Shown piece after piece: positions 17,268 through 25,844 of a stretch of 37,406 nt of DNA. Every line of letters begins with the position of its first letter. Position 1 is the first letter of the stretch. Both the position numbers and the translations under genes were made by a program. The stretch is taken from positions 1 through 37,406 of the forward strand of contig DASQCE010000066.1 in NCBI GenBank assembly GCA_035634855.1, written 5' to 3'. The notes beneath the pieces are model-generated. The model had not been told where the DNA came from. It did no database searches and saw nothing but the letters and a program-made list of their open reading frames with translations. Origin of the DNA: Mycobacterium sp. Lineage in GTDB: Bacteria; Actinomycetota; Actinomycetes; Mycobacteriales; Mycobacteriaceae.

Positions 17268-19403
17268 TTACACCGGCGGGTGCACGATTTCTTTCATCGC
17301 GTCGGCAAGCGCGGCCGCCCGGGGGTCGCGGAACACGTCCTCTACCAGCAGTTTGTGTCCGTCGGGACCGCGTAGCGGCACCCGCCAATTCGGGTATTCG
17401 TCGGTGGTGCCGGGCTGGTTCTGGGTGCGTATGTCGCCGACGGCGTCGGCCAGCGACAGCGCCAGCAGCTTTGACGGTGTCCTGCCGAGGTACCGGTAGA
17501 GCGCGAGAACGATCGCGTCGACATCTGGAGCGTCGCCGAGCAGCCCGACCCGGCGCAGCTCGGCCAGCCAGGCCGCCTGTTGGGCCTGGTCAGCGGCCAG
17601 TTCCTCGGCGGCGGGACGGGTCAGCAGGCCGAGCCTCTCGCGCAGCCGCACATGCTCGCCCGCCAGATAGCCGGGTGTCGGCGGCAGGTCGTGCGTCGTG
17701 ACCGCGGACAGGCAGTACTCACGCCATCGCTCTGCGGGCAGGGGGCCGCCGCCACCTTCGCGGTCGGCCTCGAACCACAGGATCGATGTGCCGAACAGGC
17801 CGCGTTCACGCAGGTAGTCGCGCACCCAGGGCTCGACGGTGCCGAGATCCTCGCCGACCACGACGGCACCGGCTCTGTGCGCCTCCAGCGCGAGGACACC
17901 GATCATCGCCTCGTGGTCGTAGCGCACGTAGGTGCCGTCGGTCGGAGGCGCGCCCTTCGGAATCCACCAGAGCCGGAACAGCCCGATGATGTGGTCGACG
18001 CGAACGCCGCCCGCGTGCCGCAGCACCGCGTTGACAAGGGCGCGGAACGGCTCGTACGCATGGTCCACCAGTTGATCGGGCCGCCATGGCGGCTGCGACC
18101 AGTCCTGGCCGAGCTGGTTGAACTCGTCGGGCGGTGCGCCCGCGGTGACGCCGAGCGCCAGCACGTCCTGCAGCGCCCACGCGTCGGCGCCGTTGGGATC
18201 GACGCCGACCGCCAGATCGTGCATGACGCCGAGTTCCATGCCCGCCTGGACGGCCGTGGCTTGCGCGGCGGTTAGCTGGTCGTCGAGCTGCCACTGCAGC
18301 CAGCGGTGAAAGTCGACGGTCTTGGCGTGCTCGGCCGCGAAATCGGCGACGGCAGGGCCTGCCGGATGCTGCAGATCCTCGGGCCACTGGTGCCAGTCGT
18401 TCCCGTACTGCTCGGCGAGCGCACACCAAGTGGCGAAGTCGTCGAGGCTCTGCCCTTCCCGCTGCCTGTAAGCGGTGTACGCCAGCTCCCGGCCCGCCGA
18501 CCGTTTGACGCGATAGACGCTTTCCAGCGCGCTGCGCTTGGCCTTCCACGCGGCGTCGCGGTCGATCCGGTTGGACTTCTTCGCGAGGGCCTGCACCTCG
18601 ACGCGCGCCCTCCGGATGCTGCCACGCTGCCGGACGTACGCGAACTCGGCGATCGCCTCGACGCGCAGATACAGCGGATTGATGAACCGGCGCGACGTGG
18701 GCAGGTACGGCGACGGCTCCATCGGCGGGGTAGGGGCTGCCGCATGCAACGGGTTGACGAGAACGAAACCCGCACCGTGCCGCGAGGCCGACCATACCGC
18801 GAGGTCGGCCAGGTCGGTCAAATCGCCGATGCCCCAAGAACGTTGCGAGCGCACGCTATAGAGCTGGGTGGCCAGCCCCCATGCCCGGCTCGGCCCCAGC
18901 CTGGCAGGCAATCCCATCGACGCCGGCGAGACGATCACCAGCGTGCTGATATCGGATGCACCGACCTGCAAGTGGAGTTGGTGATAGCCGAGCGGCAGGT
19001 CACCGGGTAGCTCGAAAGTGGCCTCACCGACCAGTCTTCCGTCGAGATCATAAGGGGCCCTGTTGTTTTCGAGCTGCCGCAGCCCGGTGCGCGTGGAACC
19101 GTCCTCGAGCCGGATCCACAGACCGGCGGGGTCGCCGTTTGAGACGTGCACCCAGAACGACGACACGACGCCGGACCGGCCGACGATCGTCGGCGGCAGC
19201 GAGCGGGCCCAGTAGTCGCGGTCGTGTGCGGCCAGTGAGGCTGTGCGCTCATTCTCGGTGGCGGCGGGCACGCCGAGGGCGTCGAGCACGGCGATCAGCG
19301 TTGAGGATGCGGTGGTCGTGTGCCTGCCGGTCCAATCGTTGTATTCGGTTGCCACGCCGTAGCGGCGCGCCAACTCGACGAGCGAGGGCGGCAGCTCAGT
19401 CAT
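17268..19403 (-). CDS. malQ: 4-alpha-glucanotransferase (amylomaltase, GH77)
   Basis: QLYSVRS..WGIGD, SPYLPTSRRF, HDLAVG, GAPPD, RVDHIIGLFRLWWIP, GEDLG, THD, NQPGT..YPNWR. Confidence 0.95.
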   Translation of the reverse strand: MTELPPSLVELARRYGVATEYNDWTGRHTTTASSTLIAVLDALGVPAATENERTASLAAHDRDYWARSLPPTIVGRSGVVSSFWVHVSNGDPAGLWIRLEDGSTRTGLRQLENNRAPYDLDGRLVGEATFELPGDLPLGYHQLHLQVGASDISTLVIVSPASMGLPARLGPSRAWGLATQLYSVRSQRSWGIGDLTDLADLAVWSASRHGAGFVLVNPLHAAAPTPPMEPSPYLPTSRRFINPLYLRVEAIAEFAYVRQRGSIRRARVEVQALAKKSNRIDRDAAWKAKRSALESVYRVKRSAGRELAYTAYRQREGQSLDDFATWCALAEQYGNDWHQWPEDLQHPAGPAVADFAAEHAKTVDFHRWLQWQLDDQLTAAQATAVQAGMELGVMHDLAVGVDPNGADAWALQDVLALGVTAGAPPDEFNQLGQDWSQPPWRPDQLVDHAYEPFRALVNAVLRHAGGVRVDHIIGLFRLWWIPKGAPPTDGTYVRYDHEAMIGVLALEAHRAGAVVVGEDLGTVEPWVRDYLRERGLFGTSILWFEADREGGGGPLPAERWREYCLSAVTTHDLPPTPGYLAGEHVRLRERLGLLTRPAAEELAADQAQQAAWLAELRRVGLLGDAPDVDAIVLALYRYLGRTPSKLLALSLADAVGDIRTQNQPGTTDEYPNWRVPLRGPDGHKLLVEDVFRDPRAAALADAMKEIVHPPV

Positions 19404-19478
19404 GCCGCCCATCTTGGCAGGTTTTCTCCTGCTCCTCGCGTCGCTGTTTTTGCCAGTGCTCCTCTCGTCCGCGGAAAA

Positions 19479-20756
19479 TCAGTCGACATCGCGGATCAGC
19501 AAGTCATCCCAGGTATCCCGTCGCACCACGAGCCGGGCATTCCCGTTGCGGGCGAAGACAACCGGGACCCTGCGGGCGCCGTTGTACTGATTGGACATGG
19601 TGTAGCAGTAGGCGCCGGTGACCGGCACGGCGAGCAGGTCACCGATCGCCGGTTGCTGCAGCGGGACGCCGTCGACGAGCTGGTCTCCGGATTCGCAATG
19701 CCTGCCGACCACGCTGACCATCTCGCCGCCGCCCACGCGGTTGACGATCGTGGCCTCGAACCGCTGCCCGGTCAGCGACACCTCGAGGTTGTCGCCCATC
19801 CCGCCGTCCACCGCCACGTGGGTGAGGGCGCCGCGCTTGATCGTCGTGATTCGGTACACCGTGCACGCGCTGTTGGCGACCATACTGCGGCCCGGCTCGA
19901 CGATGATGCGCGCACCGGCCGGCAGCAATGCGCGGGCCTGCGTCACCATCGCCTCGGCGTAGTCGTCGAGGCTCGGCGGGTGCTCGTCGTAGGTGTAGCG
20001 CACCCCGAGGCCCCCACCGAGGTCGTAGACGTCGAAGGTGCCTAGCTTCGCGATGGGTTCGACCGCCTGCGCCAGCTGTTCGACGTTGAGCAGTTGCGAT
20101 CCGACATGGGTGTGCACTCCGTCGAGCCGCATCTTGCTGCTGCGCTCGATCCGGCCGATCGCGTCGCGGGCGTCGTCGGGCAGCAGGCCGAATTTCGAGC
20201 CGGCGTGGCCCGTCGCTTGGGAGGCGTGGGTGGCGGCCTCGACGCCGGGGATGACCCGCACTAGGCACGGTTGCTGATGACCCGCGGGCACGATGCGCTC
20301 GAGCCGGTCGATGTCGTCGAAATTGTCCACCACGATCAGGCCGACGCCGTGATTGACCGCGAGCTCGAGTTCCTCGTCGCTCTTGGCGTTGCCGTGCAGG
20401 ACGAGCTTGCCCGGATCGGCGCCTGCCTTGAGCGCGGTCAGGATCTCGCCGCCGCCCGCGACGTCGAGGTGCAGACCCTCCTCGATCATGACCCGCTGAA
20501 CGGCCGTGCACGGGAACGACTTCGACGCGAACGCCACGTCGCAGCGCGGCCATCGGCCGCGGAACGCGGCGAGGTAGGCGCGGGCGCGCTGCCGCAGAGC
20601 GTCCTCGGACACGACGATGGCCGGGGTGCCGAACTGCTCGGCCACTTCGTCGAGGCGGCACCCCCCGACGTTCAGGGTGCCGTCGCTGTCGAGGCACGTT
20701 CCTGGCTGGAAGAGGGCGAGCAGCTCATCGGTGGTCGCCTCGGTATGGACCGTCAT
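19479..20756 (-). CDS. lysA: Diaminopimelate decarboxylase-like PLP enzyme (group IV); stand-alone LysA paralogue
   Basis: FASKSF PLP lysine, HGNAKS, SKFG, HVGSQ, EPGRS, HCESGD, GAYCYTM; start ATG 20756; specificity helix atypical (see findings). Confidence 0.82.
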   Translation of the reverse strand: MTVHTEATTDELLALFQPGTCLDSDGTLNVGGCRLDEVAEQFGTPAIVVSEDALRQRARAYLAAFRGRWPRCDVAFASKSFPCTAVQRVMIEEGLHLDVAGGGEILTALKAGADPGKLVLHGNAKSDEELELAVNHGVGLIVVDNFDDIDRLERIVPAGHQQPCLVRVIPGVEAATHASQATGHAGSKFGLLPDDARDAIGRIERSSKMRLDGVHTHVGSQLLNVEQLAQAVEPIAKLGTFDVYDLGGGLGVRYTYDEHPPSLDDYAEAMVTQARALLPAGARIIVEPGRSMVANSACTVYRITTIKRGALTHVAVDGGMGDNLEVSLTGQRFEATIVNRVGGGEMVSVVGRHCESGDQLVDGVPLQQPAIGDLLAVPVTGAYCYTMSNQYNGARRVPVVFARNGNARLVVRRDTWDDLLIRDVD

Positions 20757-20777
20757 CCGCTCAGCGTGCCACCGCTT

Positions 20778-20836
20778 CGTCGAGCGTGAACTCACTGCGA
20801 AAAAGTCCGCGAAATCCGCACTGGTCACTCTCTGAC
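20778..20836. repeat. Degenerate mycobacterial REP-like palindromic intergenic element
   Basis: Left arm GTCGAGCGTGAACTCACTGCG; decayed right arm CGCACTGGTCACTCTCTGAC. Confidence 0.45.
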
Positions 20837-20847
20837 TTGCTAGTCTG

Positions 20848-20867
20848 TCTGTAATGATCCTTACAGA
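20848..20867. promoter_or_regulatory. Putative TetR operator
   Basis: Perfect 7-bp inverted repeat TCTGTAA-TGATCC-TTACAGA directly before the tetR coding region. Confidence 0.7.
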
Positions 20868-21471
20868 TATATGCCCGACGAAGAAGCAGCAGCAGGGTGA
20901 GCAGTCCCGCGCGCTGATCCTCGATGCCACCGAACGGTTGATGGCCACCCGCGGATACGCGGCCACGTCGATCAGCGACATCCGTAAGGCGTGCGGGCTG
21001 CCGCCAAGCTCCATCTACTGGCATTTCGGCTCCAAGGAAGGCGTGCTCGCAGCGGTGATGGAACGCGGCGCCGACCGGTTCTTCGCGGCGATCCCCACAT
21101 CGGGAGACGCCGACGGGCAGCTGGCCGTGCTGTCGAGGTTGCAATCGCAACATCCGCTCTTCTTGCGGCTGTTCTACATGCTGTCGCTGGAGCGCAGCGA
21201 CGATCCCGCCGTCGCGGGCGTGGTGCGCCGGGTTCGAGACACCGCGATCAGGCGGTTCCGCGCCGCGATCACTCGGCTGCTGCCCGCCGACGCGCCGCCG
21301 GCCAAGGCGGAACGCGTCGTCACCGAACTCACCGCGCTGGCCGTCGCACTCTCCGACGGGGTGTTCTTCGCCGAGCACCTGGAACCCGACGGCACCGATG
21401 TCGGGCGGATGTACCGACGGCTATCGGCGGCCGTGACGGCGCTCATCCCGATCCTGTTGGAGGAGAAGTGA
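20854..21471 (+). CDS. TetR/AcrR family regulator (possible +1 frameshift just after a natural ATG at 20871)
   Basis: QSRALILDATERLMATRGYAATSISDIRKACGLPPSSIYWHFGSKEGVL helix-turn-helix. Confidence 0.85.
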   Translation: MILTDICPTKKQQQGEQSRALILDATERLMATRGYAATSISDIRKACGLPPSSIYWHFGSKEGVLAAVMERGADRFFAAIPTSGDADGQLAVLSRLQSQHPLFLRLFYMLSLERSDDPAVAGVVRRVRDTAIRRFRAAITRLLPADAPPAKAERVVTELTALAVALSDGVFFAEHLEPDGTDVGRMYRRLSAAVTALIPILLEEK

Positions 21472-21473
21472 AC

Positions 21474-22367
21474 ATGAGGACCGCCATCATCACCGGCGCC
21501 AGCTCGGGGCTCGGGCTCGAGTGCGCACGAGCACTGCTGCGCAGCGACCCGTCCATGCACGTCGTGCTTGCGGTGCGCGATACCGGCCGTGGCGCCGAAG
21601 CGGTCAAGCAACTCGGCGAACCGCAGCGCTGCACTGTCATGCGCATGGACCTCGCGTCGTTGACGTCGGTGCGCGCCTTCGCCGAAGACGTTCGCGCCGC
21701 GACACTTCCGCCGTTGCACGCGATCGTGTGCAACGCAGGCGTGCAGGTGGTGTCGGGCACGGAGTGGACCGAGGACGGCGTCGAGATGACGTTCGGCGTC
21801 AACCACCTTGGCCACTTCGCGCTCGTGCAGGGTCTGCTCGGCGAGCTGGCACACCCCGCGCGCATCGTCGTTGTCAGCAGCGGAACCCACGACCCGAGCA
21901 AGCACACCGGCATGCCCCACCCGCGCTACACGTCGGCCGACGATCTGGCGCATCCGCGCGCCGAGCAGTCGGCGGACGACGGCCGCCGACGGTACACGAC
22001 CTCGAAACTGTGCAACATGCTCTTCACCTACGAACTCGACCGCAGGCTCGACCATGGCGTGACCGTCAACGCATTCGACCCCGGCCTGATGCCCGGCTCG
22101 GGGTTGGCCCGCGACTACCCGCCGCTGCAGCGGCTCGTTTGGCGTTATGTGCTGCCGGCGCTGCGGGTGTTGCCCGGTGTGCGCAGCACCCACACCTCCG
22201 GTCGGTATCTGGCGGCGCTGACGAACGATGCCCGGTTCGATGGTGTCGGCGGTGAGTACTTCGACGGCCTGCGGCCGATCCGGTCGTCGGCCGACTCCTA
22301 CGACCGCGATAAGGCACTCGACCTCTGGGAGACCAGCGAGCGCCTGCTGACCCACGCGACCAAGTGA
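21474..22367 (+). CDS. SDR oxidoreductase (protochlorophyllide reductase/retinol dehydrogenase-like)
   Basis: TGASSGLG, CNAG, FGVNHLGHF, YTTSK; AGGAG RBS; alternative GTG start 21468. Confidence 0.9.
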   Translation: MRTAIITGASSGLGLECARALLRSDPSMHVVLAVRDTGRGAEAVKQLGEPQRCTVMRMDLASLTSVRAFAEDVRAATLPPLHAIVCNAGVQVVSGTEWTEDGVEMTFGVNHLGHFALVQGLLGELAHPARIVVVSSGTHDPSKHTGMPHPRYTSADDLAHPRAEQSADDGRRRYTTSKLCNMLFTYELDRRLDHGVTVNAFDPGLMPGSGLARDYPPLQRLVWRYVLPALRVLPGVRSTHTSGRYLAALTNDARFDGVGGEYFDGLRPIRSSADSYDRDKALDLWETSERLLTHATK

Positions 22368-22395
22368 CGCAATCTGTTTCGGTAGTGTCGGGGCA

Positions 22396-23568
22396 ATGGC
22401 GCAGGACCGGCCGGCCCGCGTCGCAGTCGCGGCGCTGTTCCTGACCAACGGGGCGATCTTCGCCAACCTGCTGCCGCGCTATCCCGAGATCAAGGCCGAC
22501 CTGCACCTGTCCAACGCTGTCTACGGCGCGGCGATCGCGGCGTTCTCCGCTGGCGCACTGGTCGCGGGGCTGGCTGCGGCGGCGCTGATCCGCCGATACC
22601 GTTCCTCACGGGTCGCCGTCGTCGGCACGATCGGCATCGCGGCGTTCGTCCTCGTCGCCGGCCTGGCGACCACGCCGCTGGTGCTCGCCGCCGCGTTGTT
22701 CCTCGCGGGCGCGTCGGACGCGATCACCGACGTCGCGCAGAACGCGCACGGCCTTCGGGTGCAGCGCAACTACGGCCGGTCGATCATCAACTCGTTTCAC
22801 GCGGTGTGGGCGGTCGGCGCGATAGTCGGCGGTTTGATGGGGGCCGGTGCGATCGCGCTGCACATCCCGAGGGCAACCCATCTGGCGATCGCCGGTGCCG
22901 TATTCAGTGCGGTCGTCGTCATCGCATACCCCTATCTGCTGGGCGGCCCGGATCACGACGACCATCCGTCGGCTCGGTCGGCGGGCGGCCCAGCCGCGGG
23001 CATCGCGGTGTACGCAACCCTGGCGGCCCTTGTGGTGATGGCGATCGCGGATGCGACAGTCGAGGACGCCGGAAGTTCCTGGGCCACACTGTATTTGCGC
23101 GACAGCCTCGACGCATCGGGTGCGGTTGCGGTGTTCGGCTACGTCGCACTGGTCGGGTTCATGTTGGTCGGCAGGCTGATCGGCGACCGATTGGTGGACC
23201 GCTTCGGCGAGCGGGCGGTGGTGCGGTCAGGCGGATTCGTCACCGCCGCCGGGATGGGCGCCGCGCTGGCGTTTCCCAGCGTGCCAGGAACGATCGCCGG
23301 GTTCGCCGCCGCGGGCTTTGGTGTCGCGACGCTGATACCGGCCGCCATGCACGGCGCCGACCAACTGCCTGGCATGCGCCCTGGTACCGGGCTGACGGTG
23401 GTGACGTGGCTGATGCGCGTCGGCTTCTTCGGCGCACCGCTGCTTGTCGGCGTCGTCGCGGACGCGACGAGCCTGCGGGTCGGCCTGCTTTCGGTTCCCG
23501 TCGCGGGCGTGGTGGTGATGGCGCTGGCCGGTGCGCTCAGTGCACGGCGCCTGCCATCTCAATCGTGA
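22396..23568 (+). CDS. MFS transporter
   Basis: About 12 hydrophobic segments; GRLIGDRLVDRFG motif; TAGTGT -10 seven nt before ATG. Confidence 0.9.
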   Translation: MAQDRPARVAVAALFLTNGAIFANLLPRYPEIKADLHLSNAVYGAAIAAFSAGALVAGLAAAALIRRYRSSRVAVVGTIGIAAFVLVAGLATTPLVLAAALFLAGASDAITDVAQNAHGLRVQRNYGRSIINSFHAVWAVGAIVGGLMGAGAIALHIPRATHLAIAGAVFSAVVVIAYPYLLGGPDHDDHPSARSAGGPAAGIAVYATLAALVVMAIADATVEDAGSSWATLYLRDSLDASGAVAVFGYVALVGFMLVGRLIGDRLVDRFGERAVVRSGGFVTAAGMGAALAFPSVPGTIAGFAAAGFGVATLIPAAMHGADQLPGMRPGTGLTVVTWLMRVGFFGAPLLVGVVADATSLRVGLLSVPVAGVVVMALAGALSARRLPSQS

Positions 23569-23863
23569 GCACGCCCGCCACGATGAACCCGATGCCGAGC
23601 ACCATCAGCCAGGTCAGCGGTTCGGAGAACAAGTATCGGGCGATGACGGCGACCAAGGCGACGCCGCACGCGGTCCACACGCCGTAGGCGATGCCGACGG
23701 GCATGCCCAGCGACAGCGTCAGCCACAGGAGATAGAAGCACACGAGATAGCCCGCGACGGCGGGCACAATCCACGCCTTCTTGCGGAATCCGTCGGAGGC
23801 GCGTAGCGACAGCGTCGCGAAGACCTCGACGATGATCGCGCAGGCCAGCGCCAGCCACATCAC
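23537..23863 (-). CDS. SMR (small multidrug resistance) transporter subunit
   Basis: 108 aa, 4 TM, conserved TM1 Glu (IIVEVFAT), PVGIAYGVW. Confidence 0.9.
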   Translation of the reverse strand: MMWLALACAIIVEVFATLSLRASDGFRKKAWIVPAVAGYLVCFYLLWLTLSLGMPVGIAYGVWTACGVALVAVIARYLFSEPLTWLMVLGIGFIVAGVLTIEMAGAVH

Positions 23864-24198
23864 GATTGGTCCGCGGCGGCTCTTTGAGAGCCGAACTCGA
23901 CGAGCAGCACGCCCGCGATGATCAGCCCGATACCCGCCACGATCGGCCAGGTGAACGGGTCACCGTAGATCGCTGCGGCCAGCACCGCCGTCGCGGCGGT
24001 GCCGCAAGCGCCCCAGATGCCGTAGGCGACCCCGACCGGCATCCCGGTCCGCAACACCAGCGTCAGCAAGATGAACGAGCCCACGTATCCAGCCACGACC
24101 ACCACCAGCCACGCCGAATGGTCTTGGGACGCCCGCAAAGCCAGCGTTGCCGCAACCTCGACCGCGATGGCCGCGAAGAGCAGCGCCCACTTCCGCAC
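23860..24198 (-). CDS. SMR transporter subunit (partner of a paired SMR)
   Basis: 112 aa, IAVEVAAT, PVGVAYGIW; GTGA overlap with partner. Confidence 0.9.
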   Translation of the reverse strand: MRKWALLFAAIAVEVAATLALRASQDHSAWLVVVVAGYVGSFILLTLVLRTGMPVGVAYGIWGACGTAATAVLAAAIYGDPFTWPIVAGIGLIIAGVLLVEFGSQRAAADQS

Positions 24199-24212
24199 CC
24201 GACCAACCTAAC

Positions 24213-24845
24213 TCAGGCCCCTTTCGCGTTAGCGCGCTCCACCATCGGCGTCAGCACCTCGTGCGCAAACCGCCGCAGTTCGGCGTCGTCGCCGAAGTTC
24301 GGATCGGTGGGCGGCATCGAGATGTAGGTGAGGAACAACCGGGCGAACACGTCGCCCACCCAACACACCCTTTGCGACGGTGTGCCGGGCGCCTCGCCGT
24401 GAATGTAGTTGGCGATGAAGGCCGACCCGATCGCCACCAGTTCGAGAGAACCGGCGATCGGGGTCGGCTCGAGCTGGCCGGCACGGCGCAGCATCGGATG
24501 CTCCCTGGCGAACGTGACCGCGGCGATGAACGCCTCGGCCACGCCGTCGTGCGGATCCTCGACGACGTCGATCGCGTCGGCGACCGCTGCGAGGAAGCGC
24601 TGAGTCTCGCGTCGCACCAGTGCCTCGACCAGGTCATCGCGGCGCGGGTAGCGGCGGTAGGCCGTCATTCGGGATACGCCTGCTCGGCGGACCACCTCCT
24701 CGACCGTAATCCGTTGCAGCCCAACGGCAGCTGCTTCCTGAAGCGCGGCGTTAAGTATGCGCTGGCTCGCGCGGTCGGCCGACTCTTCCACGCGTCCGCC
24801 GACGGCAACGCCGCCGACCACCTCGATCAGCTGGCCGTCGATCAC
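24213..24845 (-). CDS. TetR/AcrR family regulator
   Basis: ITVEEVVRRAGVSRMTAYRRYPRRDDLV helix-turn-helix. Confidence 0.88.
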   Translation of the reverse strand: MIDGQLIEVVGGVAVGGRVEESADRASQRILNAALQEAAAVGLQRITVEEVVRRAGVSRMTAYRRYPRRDDLVEALVRRETQRFLAAVADAIDVVEDPHDGVAEAFIAAVTFAREHPMLRRAGQLEPTPIAGSLELVAIGSAFIANYIHGEAPGTPSQRVCWVGDVFARLFLTYISMPPTDPNFGDDAELRRFAHEVLTPMVERANAKGA

Positions 24846-25741
24846 AGCGCGGCGGCCTTCGTCGGCGCTGCGCGCTCACGCGCGAGTTGGACGTAGCACG
24901 GGGTGCCGAACGCCCGGCGCAACCTGCGCGCGTCCCACTGCAGTGCCGGCTCGATCAGCGTGCGGGTCAGAGTCGGGGGATGCTCGAGGCCGATGAGTTC
25001 GCGCGCCCAGTGCGGGGCCCGGCTCATTCCCGCGTAGATCGCGAAACGGTGCAATTCGCGATCGACAGGCCCAGGCAAGTTGGGGAAGAACGGGGATGTC
25101 ATCAGGAAGTCGAGAAACGCTCGCGTCTGCACGTTCACGCTCAGTCGTGACCGCATGGTCTCGACATAGTCGTCGAGTTCGGCGACGGTCGTCGGGACCC
25201 ACTCGGCGCCGCCCATCCGGCCGATCACCGCCTGCTCGGCCAGGTACCGATCCCGTTCCTGTTGAGACAGCGGCCTTTTCGTATGTTCGTAGGCGCGCAT
25301 GATCATCCACGGGATGCAGGTGTGCACCCAGGCGATCAACTCCGGGTCCAGCGCGCGATATGCGACGCCGTCGGGGCGCGTGCCCTTGACGTAGGAATGC
25401 ACGTCCTTGACGTGTTCGATGAGCCGGGTCGCCGCCTCGGTATTGCCGAACGTCGTGGTCAGCACGTAGCCCAGGGTGGCGCGAGCGCGCGCAAACGGAT
25501 CCTGACGGTAGTTCGACAGATCCTGCACGCCTGCGACGACCGACGGATGCAGGATCTCCAGCACGATCGCGGGAAGGCCGGCTTGGGAGACTGCCGCCAG
25601 GTCGGCGTTGATCTCCCAGGACACGCTGTTGGGCCCGATCAGTCCCGGATCGCCCGGCGTACCTCCGTAGACCGCGGGATCGTCGTGACGTCCCGCGCCC
25701 TTCTCGAACTCGGCGACGATGCGGCGGCGCAGCGGGTCCAT
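24842..25741 (-). CDS. Oxygenase MpaB/DUF2236 family protein
   Basis: GDPGLIGPNSVSWEINAD, LHPSVVAGV, VHSYVKG..YRALDPELIAWVH; AAGGAG RBS. Confidence 0.85.
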   Translation of the reverse strand: MDPLRRRIVAEFEKGAGRHDDPAVYGGTPGDPGLIGPNSVSWEINADLAAVSQAGLPAIVLEILHPSVVAGVQDLSNYRQDPFARARATLGYVLTTTFGNTEAATRLIEHVKDVHSYVKGTRPDGVAYRALDPELIAWVHTCIPWMIMRAYEHTKRPLSQQERDRYLAEQAVIGRMGGAEWVPTTVAELDDYVETMRSRLSVNVQTRAFLDFLMTSPFFPNLPGPVDRELHRFAIYAGMSRAPHWARELIGLEHPPTLTRTLIEPALQWDARRLRRAFGTPCYVQLARERAAPTKAAAL

Positions 25742-25757
25742 CGGATCTCCTTGGAAG

Positions 25758-25782
25758 GATTGTTACAAACGATGTATCAGTC
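25758..25782. promoter_or_regulatory. Putative TetR operator upstream of the mpaB-tetR-smr operon
   Basis: TGTTACA-N5-TGTATCA inverted repeat with partly paired flanks. Confidence 0.6.
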
Positions 25783-25844
25783 ATACCACTACACGTGATG
25801 CGAATCTCGCGGTTGTCTTTGCTACGCATAGGTAGCCTCAACGT

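Noticed and set aside
19415-19470. Short direct repeat TGCTCCTC(G/T)CGTC between malQ and the decarboxylase
   Set aside because: Only two 13-bp copies; cannot assign a function from sequence alone
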